NCBI GenBank assembly: GCA_023228085.1
Contig: JALOBW010000004.1
Span: 2,070 to 66,069, forward strand
Source: a bacterium
GTDB lineage: Bacteria > Patescibacteriota > Minisyncoccia > Minisyncoccales > Minisyncoccaceae
Length of the DNA: 64,000 nucleotides
Direction: 5' to 3'
The stretch's first letter is position 1, and each line of letters starts with the position of its first letter. This document shows positions 38,701-46,661 of this stretch, piece after piece. The position numbers and the translations under genes are program-made. The notes below the pieces were generated by a model. That model did no database searches. It was given only the letters and a program-made list of their open reading frames with translations, and had not been told where the DNA came from.

Positions 38701-39169
38701 GAACGAAGATGGTGGAATGAGTGATGCTGGTGATACCATATCAAGCACATGGTGGGGCAATGTAACTGGATGGCAATTTATAGAATTCAATGTAACCGGA
38801 ATTACTTATTTAACTACTCAAATGAATGCCAATACCCCATGCCAATTTATTATCTACTCCTCTTCTGGTAAAAGGCAACTTGTTAGTTCTGATGGAACTG
38901 ATTTAAATAGGCCATACTTAGAAATTTGCTATGACCCAATGCCAACTCCAACTGCTACAGCTACAGCTACAGCTACACAAACTGCCACTGCTACACAAAC
39001 TGCCACACAAACAAGTACATTAACTCCAACTAATACACAAACACCAACACTAACAATAACTAGGACCCCAACCGTATCTCCAACTGAATGTGATGGGTAT
39101 ATAATAGAAGAAAAGCCAGGGTCTGGAATAATTCATTCATTACAAAAGAGAAGTAGTATGAAGCAATAA
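35780..39169 (+). CDS. large exported adhesin-like protein: signal peptide, right-handed beta-helix, three Thr-rich linkers, two DNRLRE-like domains
   Basis: N-terminal hydrophobic signal; repeated IYNN/IYNI/GI beta-helix motifs; twin DT(H/Y)VD..PxxNYG...ARL(W/Y)...SS....RPY(V/L)EICY domains. Confidence 0.7.
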   Translation: MNRLSQTNIVILFSVIAILSICSIGYPEDYWVYVTTTDDYSSSEGSNSQKGDMVDAIPASIYTPTTEEKKLWAIFKVSGTTKEELEFYKQPGYKSVDTSKGYSWYRKHKLDIKSLGLETKGVREGTFNWSYVKSKISEKTNTDLAQWRDNHNYQVKIDYWMSYLKVFETVKAWATSTVVKTVNKTSGDYNTLTLWEDATDNDSLITADEIRVAECYDDLNNGILDDRTAFSITGTYIDSTHYRDVYAPSGQRHNGIEDNSANPSGFCIDPSTNGSVIIIYESYIRFHDIRIKGWGNDGYGYTSAISVQEGNYVRIYNNLIYKPNGGNDRGYRGIYFADVPNYLYIYNNAIINVSGKSGYHAYGIGSYNDNNVYIIGNSIYNITGSSGSSAYGILSGSTKHVVSNNIVITCTTACFSGTCAASSNNNMSSDTSSPGAAGIDNETTGEFTSVTADSVDVHLAADANAIEAGLDASSTLGCTASSTCIDYVYNIRPQRTNWDMGCHEKPPVPTPTLTITATATATITRTPTLTITRTPTITVTATDTMTPTLSATPTMTLTLSNTPTMTVTETITATPSYTATPTATCVEPDNRIRIGLNANCDYAGGWEDTHVDKQNPNTNYGNDETMEVQTVAMQNAAYVHFRFNTGDLYNYVDITSARLWVYITTASSLLPYSPELYALNQAWVELQDTFNIYSTGNSWTGSDGGNQDKGDSYGSGTWYAGPKWRVMELNAACIAQLESSAGTGNSIDFFLTDEAVFGSNYTMASSENTDDSRRPYVEICYHTYITPTQTLTPTMTLTSTLTQTPTLSATITQTITITPATPTNTMTPTLSNTPTQTVTATQTQTATVTATATETPVPTCGSHSRARFGDGSFCEFVDWADTYVDFSHPTANYGTDSNLWIDPDGANTRYTHIRSNIRAIYPATISSARLYFYVSDTNSQEMNLITKILSSDNSKQFSEIQDTWRLYETGHSWENEDGGMSDAGDTISSTWWGNVTGWQFIEFNVTGITYLTTQMNANTPCQFIIYSSSGKRQLVSSDGTDLNRPYLEICYDPMPTPTATATATATQTATATQTATQTSTLTPTNTQTPTLTITRTPTVSPTECDGYIIEEKPGSGIIHSLQKRSSMKQ
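37304..37531 (+). repeat. Thr-rich low-complexity coding repeat 1 (TPTLT/TATPT)
   Basis: About 76 codons of TxT repeats. Confidence 0.9.
38126..38356 (+). repeat. Thr-rich low-complexity coding repeat 2
   Basis: TPTQTLTPTMTLT... repeats between the two globular domains. Confidence 0.9.
38942..39085 (+). repeat. Thr-rich low-complexity coding repeat 3
   Basis: PTPTATATATATQTAT... near the C-terminus. Confidence 0.9.
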
Positions 39170-39170
39170 A

Positions 39171-39199
39171 TTGATTTAAAGTATAATTTAACTTATAAT
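39171..39199 (+). promoter_or_regulatory. sigma70-like promoter for the lysis/tail genes
   Basis: TTGATT-17 bp-TATAAT in an intergenic gap. Confidence 0.7.
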
Positions 39200-39227
39200 A
39201 TAAACATGAGATATACGGAGATGTACC

Positions 39228-39878
39228 ATGACAGATAAAATAACAATAGCAAGTATAGTTGCTTTTATTATATTTGTATTATATATGATCTTATTTTATG
39301 GATCTTGCCATGCAGGAATACCGGTTGGAACACCATACCATATAAAGGCAGTAGTGTCAAATGGTCAAGTATTTCAAACTGGGCAATCTGTCCAGGTTGG
39401 GATATTGAGAAATAGTGATTTATATTGGTATGATTTTGTAAATACTAAATTTATATCAAACCCAGCAAATAACTGCTATGATGACATGACCGAATATGAT
39501 TCTCACCCATTATTTGGATTCTATGATTATAGTTGGACTCCCCCTATTAGGAAGAAAATAAGCATATCATCAACGGTAGGAACCATAAGTGTTGGAGATA
39601 CTGTAAAAGGATGCACTAGTTTAGCCAATGGTACTGTTTTAACAAAAACTGCAAGCTACATTATTGTAGATAATATATTTGGTACATTTCAAAATAATGA
39701 GAAAATTTGCTTAGGATCTGATACATGTTCCACTTCAACAAACTATTTTATGTCTAGTGGTACTGGAGTTGATGTTCCTGAGATATATACATTTTTTGCA
39801 ATATGCAGTGGTGACATAAAACTCTATTCAGCAGTAGATATATCAACTGACGTTATCAATTTCTATTTCGGTCAATAA
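39228..39878 (+). CDS. hypothetical protein with N-terminal signal/TM helix
   Basis: ITIASIVAFIIFVLYMILFYGSCHA followed by a beta-rich body. Confidence 0.7.
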   Translation: MTDKITIASIVAFIIFVLYMILFYGSCHAGIPVGTPYHIKAVVSNGQVFQTGQSVQVGILRNSDLYWYDFVNTKFISNPANNCYDDMTEYDSHPLFGFYDYSWTPPIRKKISISSTVGTISVGDTVKGCTSLANGTVLTKTASYIIVDNIFGTFQNNEKICLGSDTCSTSTNYFMSSGTGVDVPEIYTFFAICSGDIKLYSAVDISTDVINFYFGQ

Positions 39879-39889
39879 GGAGACACTAA

Positions 39890-40378
39890 ATGAGAAGACT
39901 GTTTGCATTATTACTAATACTAATAACAATATATTGCACATTTTCACTGATTACCAATGCACAAACCACAAACTTGCCCAACATACAAACTAATCAAAAT
40001 CCAAAATCTAACGACTTTAGCATTTCAATAACCCTTTCAGGTGCTGCAATCATAGGTTTTTCAATACAGATTTATAATTCCTATAAAAAAGATAGGCTAT
40101 ATGAGAAAATGATAGACTCAAATAATTCAAATATAGACAAAATACTAGCATCCAATAAAGATGATAGAGACTTGCTATTTAAAAAGCATGGAGAAGTAAT
40201 TGAACAGCTTGGGTATTTAGATAAGAGAAGAGAAAGAAATGCTGTAAAAATAGAAAATCTTGAAAATATATACCCAACAATACAGGGGAATGTTAATAAG
40301 CTTGAAAAAAGAGTTATTAAAATATGTGGCAAGCACAATGAAATACATCCAGACAAACCATTAGATTTAACACAATGA
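39890..40378 (+). CDS. membrane protein with coiled coil (holin-like candidate)
   Basis: Two hydrophobic segments followed by a coiled coil. Confidence 0.5.
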   Translation: MRRLFALLLILITIYCTFSLITNAQTTNLPNIQTNQNPKSNDFSISITLSGAAIIGFSIQIYNSYKKDRLYEKMIDSNNSNIDKILASNKDDRDLLFKKHGEVIEQLGYLDKRRERNAVKIENLENIYPTIQGNVNKLEKRVIKICGKHNEIHPDKPLDLTQ

Positions 40379-40387
40379 GGCAATAAT

Positions 40388-40654
40388 ATGAATCAAGAAA
40401 TAATAAACACCATTATAGTAACAGCACTTCCGTTGATATTTGCATGGATAAGAGAGTATATACACAGAAAACATAAAGACACTATTATTGACAAGACTAC
40501 CAATGGAGTGGAGAAGTTAATAGAAAGTATGCCACCAGAACAAGTAAAGTTAATAAAGGACTCTATAGCATCTGAATTTGTAGGAGCAAGCAAAACTGTT
40601 ACAAATCTATTCCAAAAAGCACTAATAAAGAAGGGATTTTCAAAGGAAGCATAA
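40388..40654 (+). CDS. holin-like single-TM protein
   Basis: IINTIIVTALPLIFAWI followed by a charged helical tail. Confidence 0.5.
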   Translation: MNQEIINTIIVTALPLIFAWIREYIHRKHKDTIIDKTTNGVEKLIESMPPEQVKLIKDSIASEFVGASKTVTNLFQKALIKKGFSKEA

Positions 40655-40692
40655 TGCAATATAAAAAATGCAAACCAAAGAAAGGCAAGTAG

Positions 40693-41478
40693 TTGAATCG
40701 TACATTTCTTCATACTCAGTATAATGCAACTGATATGACAAGATATCATCCAGATTGTGATGAAATGCCAACAGTAAAGGTATATAAGCAATTAGATGAT
40801 TCTTTAATTGAGACCCCAACTGTGTCTAAAAATGCCACACTTGGATATGCAACCGGTCTATATGAATATACATTAGACTGGCACAAATATCAACTTGGAA
40901 GCCATTATTATGACATAGTTGAATCATTGTATAATGGAAATCTTGTTATAACAGACAAGAGAATATTTAAATGGGGACTAACTGATAGTACAGGAGGAGA
41001 TGCTGATATGGGATTTGACAATAACCTATATAAGGCATTTTTTGATGCAGTAGTCGCATTTACTGATTTTGCAGAAATAATAGAATATCCAGCAGATTAT
41101 AAGATTATGAAGTCTAGATCTCTTGTTAATAAGTCTGCTAATTTTCCATGTATGACATATAGTATATCGGCTCAGCATCCTCTTTCTGGAGAAAATTTAT
41201 CCACATACAGAAGATCTTATTTAGAATGTAGATTTTGGCATGTAGATAACACTAAATCTAAATTACTTTTAAGATTGAGTGACATGCTATATGACTGGAT
41301 ATGTGAATCTAATGACTACAATGGATTACAGCTTAGAAATGATGTTTTTTATAGTACTAATATCAGAGGAGACCAAGCATTGGCTGGGCCAACTGGAGAA
41401 ACTCCATGGCTAGACGATGACTGTGGATGTTTTTGCTGTGGATTTAGAGTAATTGTAGATGCGTGCTGCTATGCTTAA
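40693..41478 (+). CDS. tail terminator/completion protein with N-terminal extra domain
   Basis: C-terminal FPCMTY...ECRFW pattern; position before the major tail gene; possible internal start at 41008 with a GGAGG RBS. Confidence 0.55.
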   Translation: MNRTFLHTQYNATDMTRYHPDCDEMPTVKVYKQLDDSLIETPTVSKNATLGYATGLYEYTLDWHKYQLGSHYYDIVESLYNGNLVITDKRIFKWGLTDSTGGDADMGFDNNLYKAFFDAVVAFTDFAEIIEYPADYKIMKSRSLVNKSANFPCMTYSISAQHPLSGENLSTYRRSYLECRFWHVDNTKSKLLLRLSDMLYDWICESNDYNGLQLRNDVFYSTNIRGDQALAGPTGETPWLDDDCGCFCCGFRVIVDACCYA

Positions 41479-41525
41479 TATAGGTAATAGTAAGAAATTA
41501 AAAGTTTTAATAAAGGAGGACCAAT

Positions 41526-42470
41526 ATGGTCGCAAAAGTTAAATTAACAGTTGGGAATGAACGAGATTGCCAGGCAATAAATATTCACAAGGCTTTTCCA
41601 ATAAATTTAGAGCTTGACGATTCTGGCAGCGGGACTGCGCAGGGAGGTTCTGGCTTTAGTTTCATAGTAGGATATTCATGTACTGGAGTGGCTTCTGATG
41701 ATGCTGACATTATCATGACCACACATGGAACTGCTACAAATGGAACAGTAACTGGAATCCAAATACCAACAGACATTGGAAAATTGGACGTAGGTATAGT
41801 AGTAGATCAGAGAAGCAACTTAACTGGCTTACTTGATGACATTGTTTACACATTGACACCATCTGATGATGGAACCGCCGGAACTGCTGCAACAGTAGCA
41901 ATGAGTGCATGTGACAGCTTTGACTATAGTTATAGCTACAACAAGAATGATTTGTTCTATGGTCCAGGTGTACTCTATGTAGATGGTAGAGTTATTGGAT
42001 TGCTTGAAGAGGACATAGCATTCTCACATCTGGAAGATGTCACTGACATTATGTCTGGAAGCTTAAAGGGAAAACTTGAGTCCATCATCAATAAGGAAGG
42101 ATGGAGCGTAAAGTGCTCTATAAAGCAGCAGACTCTTGATAGGCTAAAATGGATATGGAACCTCAAAAATGCTCCAACCTCTAATGGAACTATCAATATT
42201 TTAGGTAGTGCCTATGCCGGAGAGTCTATAGATTTAGAATCTTCGTCTGGACTTCTTGATGAGCACCATGTAATGCTTAAAATACCTATCAATAAAGCCG
42301 ATAATGCATTAGTGGTAGAACTGTATTCTGCTACATGCAAAGGTGCCGGAGATTGGGCTATAGGTAAAGACAAAAATGTGGCTACTACTGTTACATTTGA
42401 TGCCAATGTTATAGCAGACCCAGATAATCAAATATTTGGTAAGCTATATGTTATAGACATAGGAGCCTAA
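41526..42470 (+). CDS. major tail (tube) protein
   Basis: AAGGAGG RBS; FYGPGVLYVDG...GLLEEDI...VKCSIKQQTL...VTFDA; position before the chaperones and tape measure. Confidence 0.7.
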   Translation: MVAKVKLTVGNERDCQAINIHKAFPINLELDDSGSGTAQGGSGFSFIVGYSCTGVASDDADIIMTTHGTATNGTVTGIQIPTDIGKLDVGIVVDQRSNLTGLLDDIVYTLTPSDDGTAGTAATVAMSACDSFDYSYSYNKNDLFYGPGVLYVDGRVIGLLEEDIAFSHLEDVTDIMSGSLKGKLESIINKEGWSVKCSIKQQTLDRLKWIWNLKNAPTSNGTINILGSAYAGESIDLESSSGLLDEHHVMLKIPINKADNALVVELYSATCKGAGDWAIGKDKNVATTVTFDANVIADPDNQIFGKLYVIDIGA

Positions 42471-42491
42471 CTTTAAGCAAGGAAACGAACT

Positions 42492-42818
42492 ATGACAATT
42501 AGAGTTGTTAAAACAGCTACAGCAACAACTAGAAGAGAATTGCTGGCGCTATTCTTTGCATCTAAAAACAATGTTGCTATAGATGCAAAGATAGTGCCAG
42601 AGATAATATCCAACAGCAATGACGGTACTAGGCTTAAAGAATGGATAGAATACACCTGTATATTTCCAAGTATAGAAGCCTTAAGGGATGCTAAAAAAGA
42701 ATTCTATAACACCCCGTTGCCAGATATGGAAAAGAAACTTTCAAAGATAATATCTTTAAGGAAAGAAACATTTAAAAAATACAAGGAGAAAAAACAATGC
42801 CAGACGAAAAGGCAATAG
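42492..42818 (+). CDS. hypothetical tail-region protein
   Basis: AAGGA RBS; 108 aa. Confidence 0.6.
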   Translation: MTIRVVKTATATTRRELLALFFASKNNVAIDAKIVPEIISNSNDGTRLKEWIEYTCIFPSIEALRDAKKEFYNTPLPDMEKKLSKIISLRKETFKKYKEKKQCQTKRQ

Positions 42819-43222
42819 ATGAATTTGATGTTATTGCAAATGTTCCTACTATCATACAAATAGCAGGAGAAGATATACACCTTGAAGCTCAGAAAACAAA
42901 AGTATTTAGAGACTTCAAAAGAGATATTACTAATCTCCAAACTGATACTAAAATGGGGCCAGGGGATAAGGAAGCATTTGTAGTTGACTCATTGATTAAG
43001 ATTATATGTAAGTCAATAAGTAAAAGCTTTGACTGGTTTGACAATCTGCCACTAGATGATGCTGAAAAGCTAATAAATGCCTTCAAGAAAGTGAACAACA
43101 TGGCAAAATATTTCCCTTTATTGAGGAACTTGGGGCCTGCGGGATTCATAATAGATGTGACAAAGATCAGTCCTCAAGTCGCACAGGCAATAGAAAAACA
43201 AATGAAGGAAATGGAGAGTTAA
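42797..43222 (+). CDS. tail assembly chaperone (gpG-like)
   Basis: AAGGAG RBS; position upstream of the tape measure gene. Confidence 0.65.
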   Translation: MPDEKAIDEFDVIANVPTIIQIAGEDIHLEAQKTKVFRDFKRDITNLQTDTKMGPGDKEAFVVDSLIKIICKSISKSFDWFDNLPLDDAEKLINAFKKVNNMAKYFPLLRNLGPAGFIIDVTKISPQVAQAIEKQMKEMES

Positions 43223-43278
43223 CATCTCTAACAGATATTGTCATAAAATTAAAGCAGTATAATTACGACTTCAATGAA

Positions 43279-43518
43279 TTGACTTTTAAACAAGTTGATT
43301 TATACTATAACTGGATTATAACTCATGAACTTAAGAATGAGACAAGAAGAGATGATAAATTGCTAAACTTAATGCTACTTGCAAAAAGTGTTGAATCTAA
43401 GGATGGAGCTGACATTATCAACAAACACTACAAGAACAGTTCTTATATTATGCACTCACTAAAGATTGCTAAAAAGAAAATATTAGGAATATTTGATGGG
43501 AAAAAGGTAGATAAATAA
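43279..43518 (+). CDS. tail assembly chaperone C-terminal part (gpT-like), probably expressed by a -1 frameshift
   Basis: TTG start with no clear RBS; reading frame open from 43066, in the -1 frame relative to the upstream chaperone. Confidence 0.55.
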   Translation: MTFKQVDLYYNWIITHELKNETRRDDKLLNLMLLAKSVESKDGADIINKHYKNSSYIMHSLKIAKKKILGIFDGKKVDK

Positions 43519-46259
43519 TGGCATTATTTGCTGATGCACTTATAAGAATACAGACAGATGCTACACAGGCCAAGGCTGGGATTAAGGATGTAGATAATGA
43601 ATTAGATGCATTAGATGCTTCTGTTCAATCTTTTGGAACCACAATGGCTGGAGTGTCTGCTGGTCTATTAGGCATATCAGCAACTCTATCTGGTATATAT
43701 GCATATTCTGTAATGCAATTTCAAGCCTATGAAAAAGAACTAGTCAACATTCAGGCTATTGCAGGACTAACCAATGAAGAAACTAGCAAGCTATGGGAAT
43801 TGGGAATTAAATCTGGGCAAGACTACATGCAGAGTGCTGATGAAGTTGCATTTGGAATGGAAAAGTTGGCAAGAGGTGGATATGATGTTGCTCAAATAAT
43901 GGAGTCCATTGGTCCAATTATGAACATGGCAACTGCTGCAAATGAATCATTTGATGAATCTGCACAGTTAGTAGTTAGAACATTGGCTGCTTATGAAATG
44001 GAAACTGAAAAAGCTCAATATGTTTCTGACTTATATGCTAAAGCAATGAATATATCTCAAACTGAATTAGTAAACTACACCACTGCAATGAAATATATTG
44101 GTCCAGTAGCACATAGTGTTGGATGGTCATTAAAAGACATGGTTGCTATATTATCATTCTTGTATGATAGAGGCATAGATGCTTCTACGGCAGCCACTGG
44201 GCTAAGAACAATCATATTGAGACTACAATCTCCAACTAGGGAAACAAGAAAGGCAATAGAAGAGCTTGGGATATCACTTAGAGACATAAATCCAAACCTT
44301 AATACTCCAGTTCAAATAATAGAGAAGTTTCAGAAAGCTAGTGAAGAGCTATCTGGAGAAAAATATAAAGATTTAATTGGAAGAATCTTTGGTAAATATG
44401 CCTTTGCCTCTGCTATTGCAATGATAGATGATACTGAAGGTGCATTAAAGACATATCAAGACAGACTAGAAAATGTAACTGGATATAGTAATAAAGTAGC
44501 ATCAGTAGAGTTGGGAACTATGGCTGCAAAATTTAAAAAGCTATTTGATATTATAAACACTGGAGCTATAGTTTCAATAGTACCATTTGCAAATGCTATA
44601 AAGAGTGTATTAGACTCTCTTATTGGATTATCTAAGCTTATAGCTAACATGGACAAGGATACAGTTAGATCTATAGGCAACTGGACAACAGCAGCTATAA
44701 TATTTACTGGAGTTGCTGGAGCAATAACAGCACTTGCAGCAGCAGTAACATTAGCACTCCCAGCATTGGAAACATTTGCTGCTGTATTAACTACATTTGG
44801 AGTAATGTTTGCAGCAGGTTCAGCATGGATATTGACCATAGGACTCGGGATAGAGTTATTATATAAATTAGAGCAAGCAGCATCTGGAGCATTGGATGCA
44901 ATAAGAGGAGAACAGGAAGCTGCACTAGAGCTCCAAAGAGCGCAAGACTTACTTCTAAGTGGAGAATTAACTAAGGCAGAAAAAACTCACAAGTTAAATG
45001 AAGAGCTTACTAAATTAACAAGAACTCAATTAGAGCTAATAGCCAATGAACTATACATACAAATGCTTCAATATAATCTGTTTACATCTTTTTATGAGCT
45101 TGGAATGAAGATGGGAAAAGCAGATGACATAAAAAAATACAATGAAGCATTGAGAATGTATAATATTTATGCATCTGAATATCTTAATATTTTAGGCTTA
45201 ATATCAAAAATACCCCCAGTGCAAATGCCAGGGTCTGGAGTTGGAGGAGAGCCTCCTGATAATACTAAATTAGAAGAGCAATTAAGAAAAGAAAATGAAA
45301 TAAGAGAAAGATCTTATGAATCATATGTTAACTTTATGATTGACAAGCAAAATACTCTTATGGATTTCATGCTAGAAACAAATCAAATTACAACTCAAGA
45401 CTATATACAAGGGCTAAATGAACAGTTGCGATATTACTCTGTTGATTCTATAGAATTTATACAAATAGCAATAAAGATATATAATGCAAAAAAGGCAATG
45501 TATGATAAAACAGTAGAAGATGCAGATAGAGCATTTAAAAGAGAAATAGATGCCAATAAAAAAGCCATGAAGCAAATGGAAAAAGATAGGAAGGAGTGGG
45601 AAAAGAAACTCAACACTCAAATAGGCTCCATTTCGGATGGGTTTAATGATTTTTTCAAGGGCTTAAAAAAGAACGAGACTTATGCTAATAAAGCTTGGGG
45701 TTCACTATTCAATAGCATGGTTGATATCACGGAAAATGCCACTAGTGCTTTTGCAAATAGCTTTTCTAGTTCAGTTGCACAAATAATAGTTGAAGGTGGA
45801 AATCTCGAAAGATTCTGGATATCACTATTGGAAACAATGATAGCAGAAGTGATAAAATTGTTAATGACAATGGCATTGCTAAAATTAGGAATGGCATTAT
45901 TCACAGGCGGCTCATCATCACTAGTTGGGTTTGGAACTGATTTAGGAGGAGGAACTGGCTGGGGGATGGATCCATCAACATTTCTTGATGAAGGTGGATG
46001 GTTCACTAAGTCAGGAAATAAAATGCCATTGACTCAATTCAAAGGTCACTACAATGTTAATGTGTTGCCAGGTGAGATAATGATACCTCCACAAAAGGTT
46101 CCAGAATTTGTATCCTCAATTAGAGGAAGTGGAGTATCTGTTGGTCAAATATCTTTTAATATACAAGCATCAAATTATGATCATTTTATTAAACAGTTCA
46201 AAAACCATACTGGTGAAATAGTAGAAATAATACAATCAAGGATGTACTTAAATGGCTAA
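43518..46259 (+). CDS. tape measure protein (TP901-like core)
   Basis: SADEVAFGMEKLARGG, GIDASTAATGLRTIILRL; long helical protein with a hydrophobic segment. Confidence 0.9.
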   Translation: MALFADALIRIQTDATQAKAGIKDVDNELDALDASVQSFGTTMAGVSAGLLGISATLSGIYAYSVMQFQAYEKELVNIQAIAGLTNEETSKLWELGIKSGQDYMQSADEVAFGMEKLARGGYDVAQIMESIGPIMNMATAANESFDESAQLVVRTLAAYEMETEKAQYVSDLYAKAMNISQTELVNYTTAMKYIGPVAHSVGWSLKDMVAILSFLYDRGIDASTAATGLRTIILRLQSPTRETRKAIEELGISLRDINPNLNTPVQIIEKFQKASEELSGEKYKDLIGRIFGKYAFASAIAMIDDTEGALKTYQDRLENVTGYSNKVASVELGTMAAKFKKLFDIINTGAIVSIVPFANAIKSVLDSLIGLSKLIANMDKDTVRSIGNWTTAAIIFTGVAGAITALAAAVTLALPALETFAAVLTTFGVMFAAGSAWILTIGLGIELLYKLEQAASGALDAIRGEQEAALELQRAQDLLLSGELTKAEKTHKLNEELTKLTRTQLELIANELYIQMLQYNLFTSFYELGMKMGKADDIKKYNEALRMYNIYASEYLNILGLISKIPPVQMPGSGVGGEPPDNTKLEEQLRKENEIRERSYESYVNFMIDKQNTLMDFMLETNQITTQDYIQGLNEQLRYYSVDSIEFIQIAIKIYNAKKAMYDKTVEDADRAFKREIDANKKAMKQMEKDRKEWEKKLNTQIGSISDGFNDFFKGLKKNETYANKAWGSLFNSMVDITENATSAFANSFSSSVAQIIVEGGNLERFWISLLETMIAEVIKLLMTMALLKLGMALFTGGSSSLVGFGTDLGGGTGWGMDPSTFLDEGGWFTKSGNKMPLTQFKGHYNVNVLPGEIMIPPQKVPEFVSSIRGSGVSVGQISFNIQASNYDHFIKQFKNHTGEIVEIIQSRMYLNG

Positions 46260-46653
46260 AATGGGGAGAGGATGTTATTCTATAAATGGGTATAGATTTA
46301 AGTATGACCCAATGAACCCAAAAGATGGTGGTAAATACATTCCAACATCACAGGTTCAAATAAAAACACTTTCTAGCAATATATTCCAAACTTGGGAATC
46401 ATCTTCTGGGGATGAGTTGCAAATATTTGAATGGGACAAAATGGATTCTGAAATGTATGCAGAACTTAGGGCATTTGCGGATTCCTTACTTACGGACAGC
46501 ACAACTACTCATACTTTAACATATCACAAATTAAGTGATGAACAGTGGACTATATTGATACATGAATTTTCTGGATCATATGCACAAGGGTATAATCACT
46601 ATACAAATGTCACATTGAGTTTTTATTTAGTTTCTCAAATAATTGGTTCATAA
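46252..46653 (+). CDS. distal tail protein (Dit-like, probable)
   Basis: Position after the tape measure gene; beta-rich. Confidence 0.5.
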   Translation: MAKMGRGCYSINGYRFKYDPMNPKDGGKYIPTSQVQIKTLSSNIFQTWESSSGDELQIFEWDKMDSEMYAELRAFADSLLTDSTTTHTLTYHKLSDEQWTILIHEFSGSYAQGYNHYTNVTLSFYLVSQIIGS

Positions 46654-46661
46654 GGCAATAA

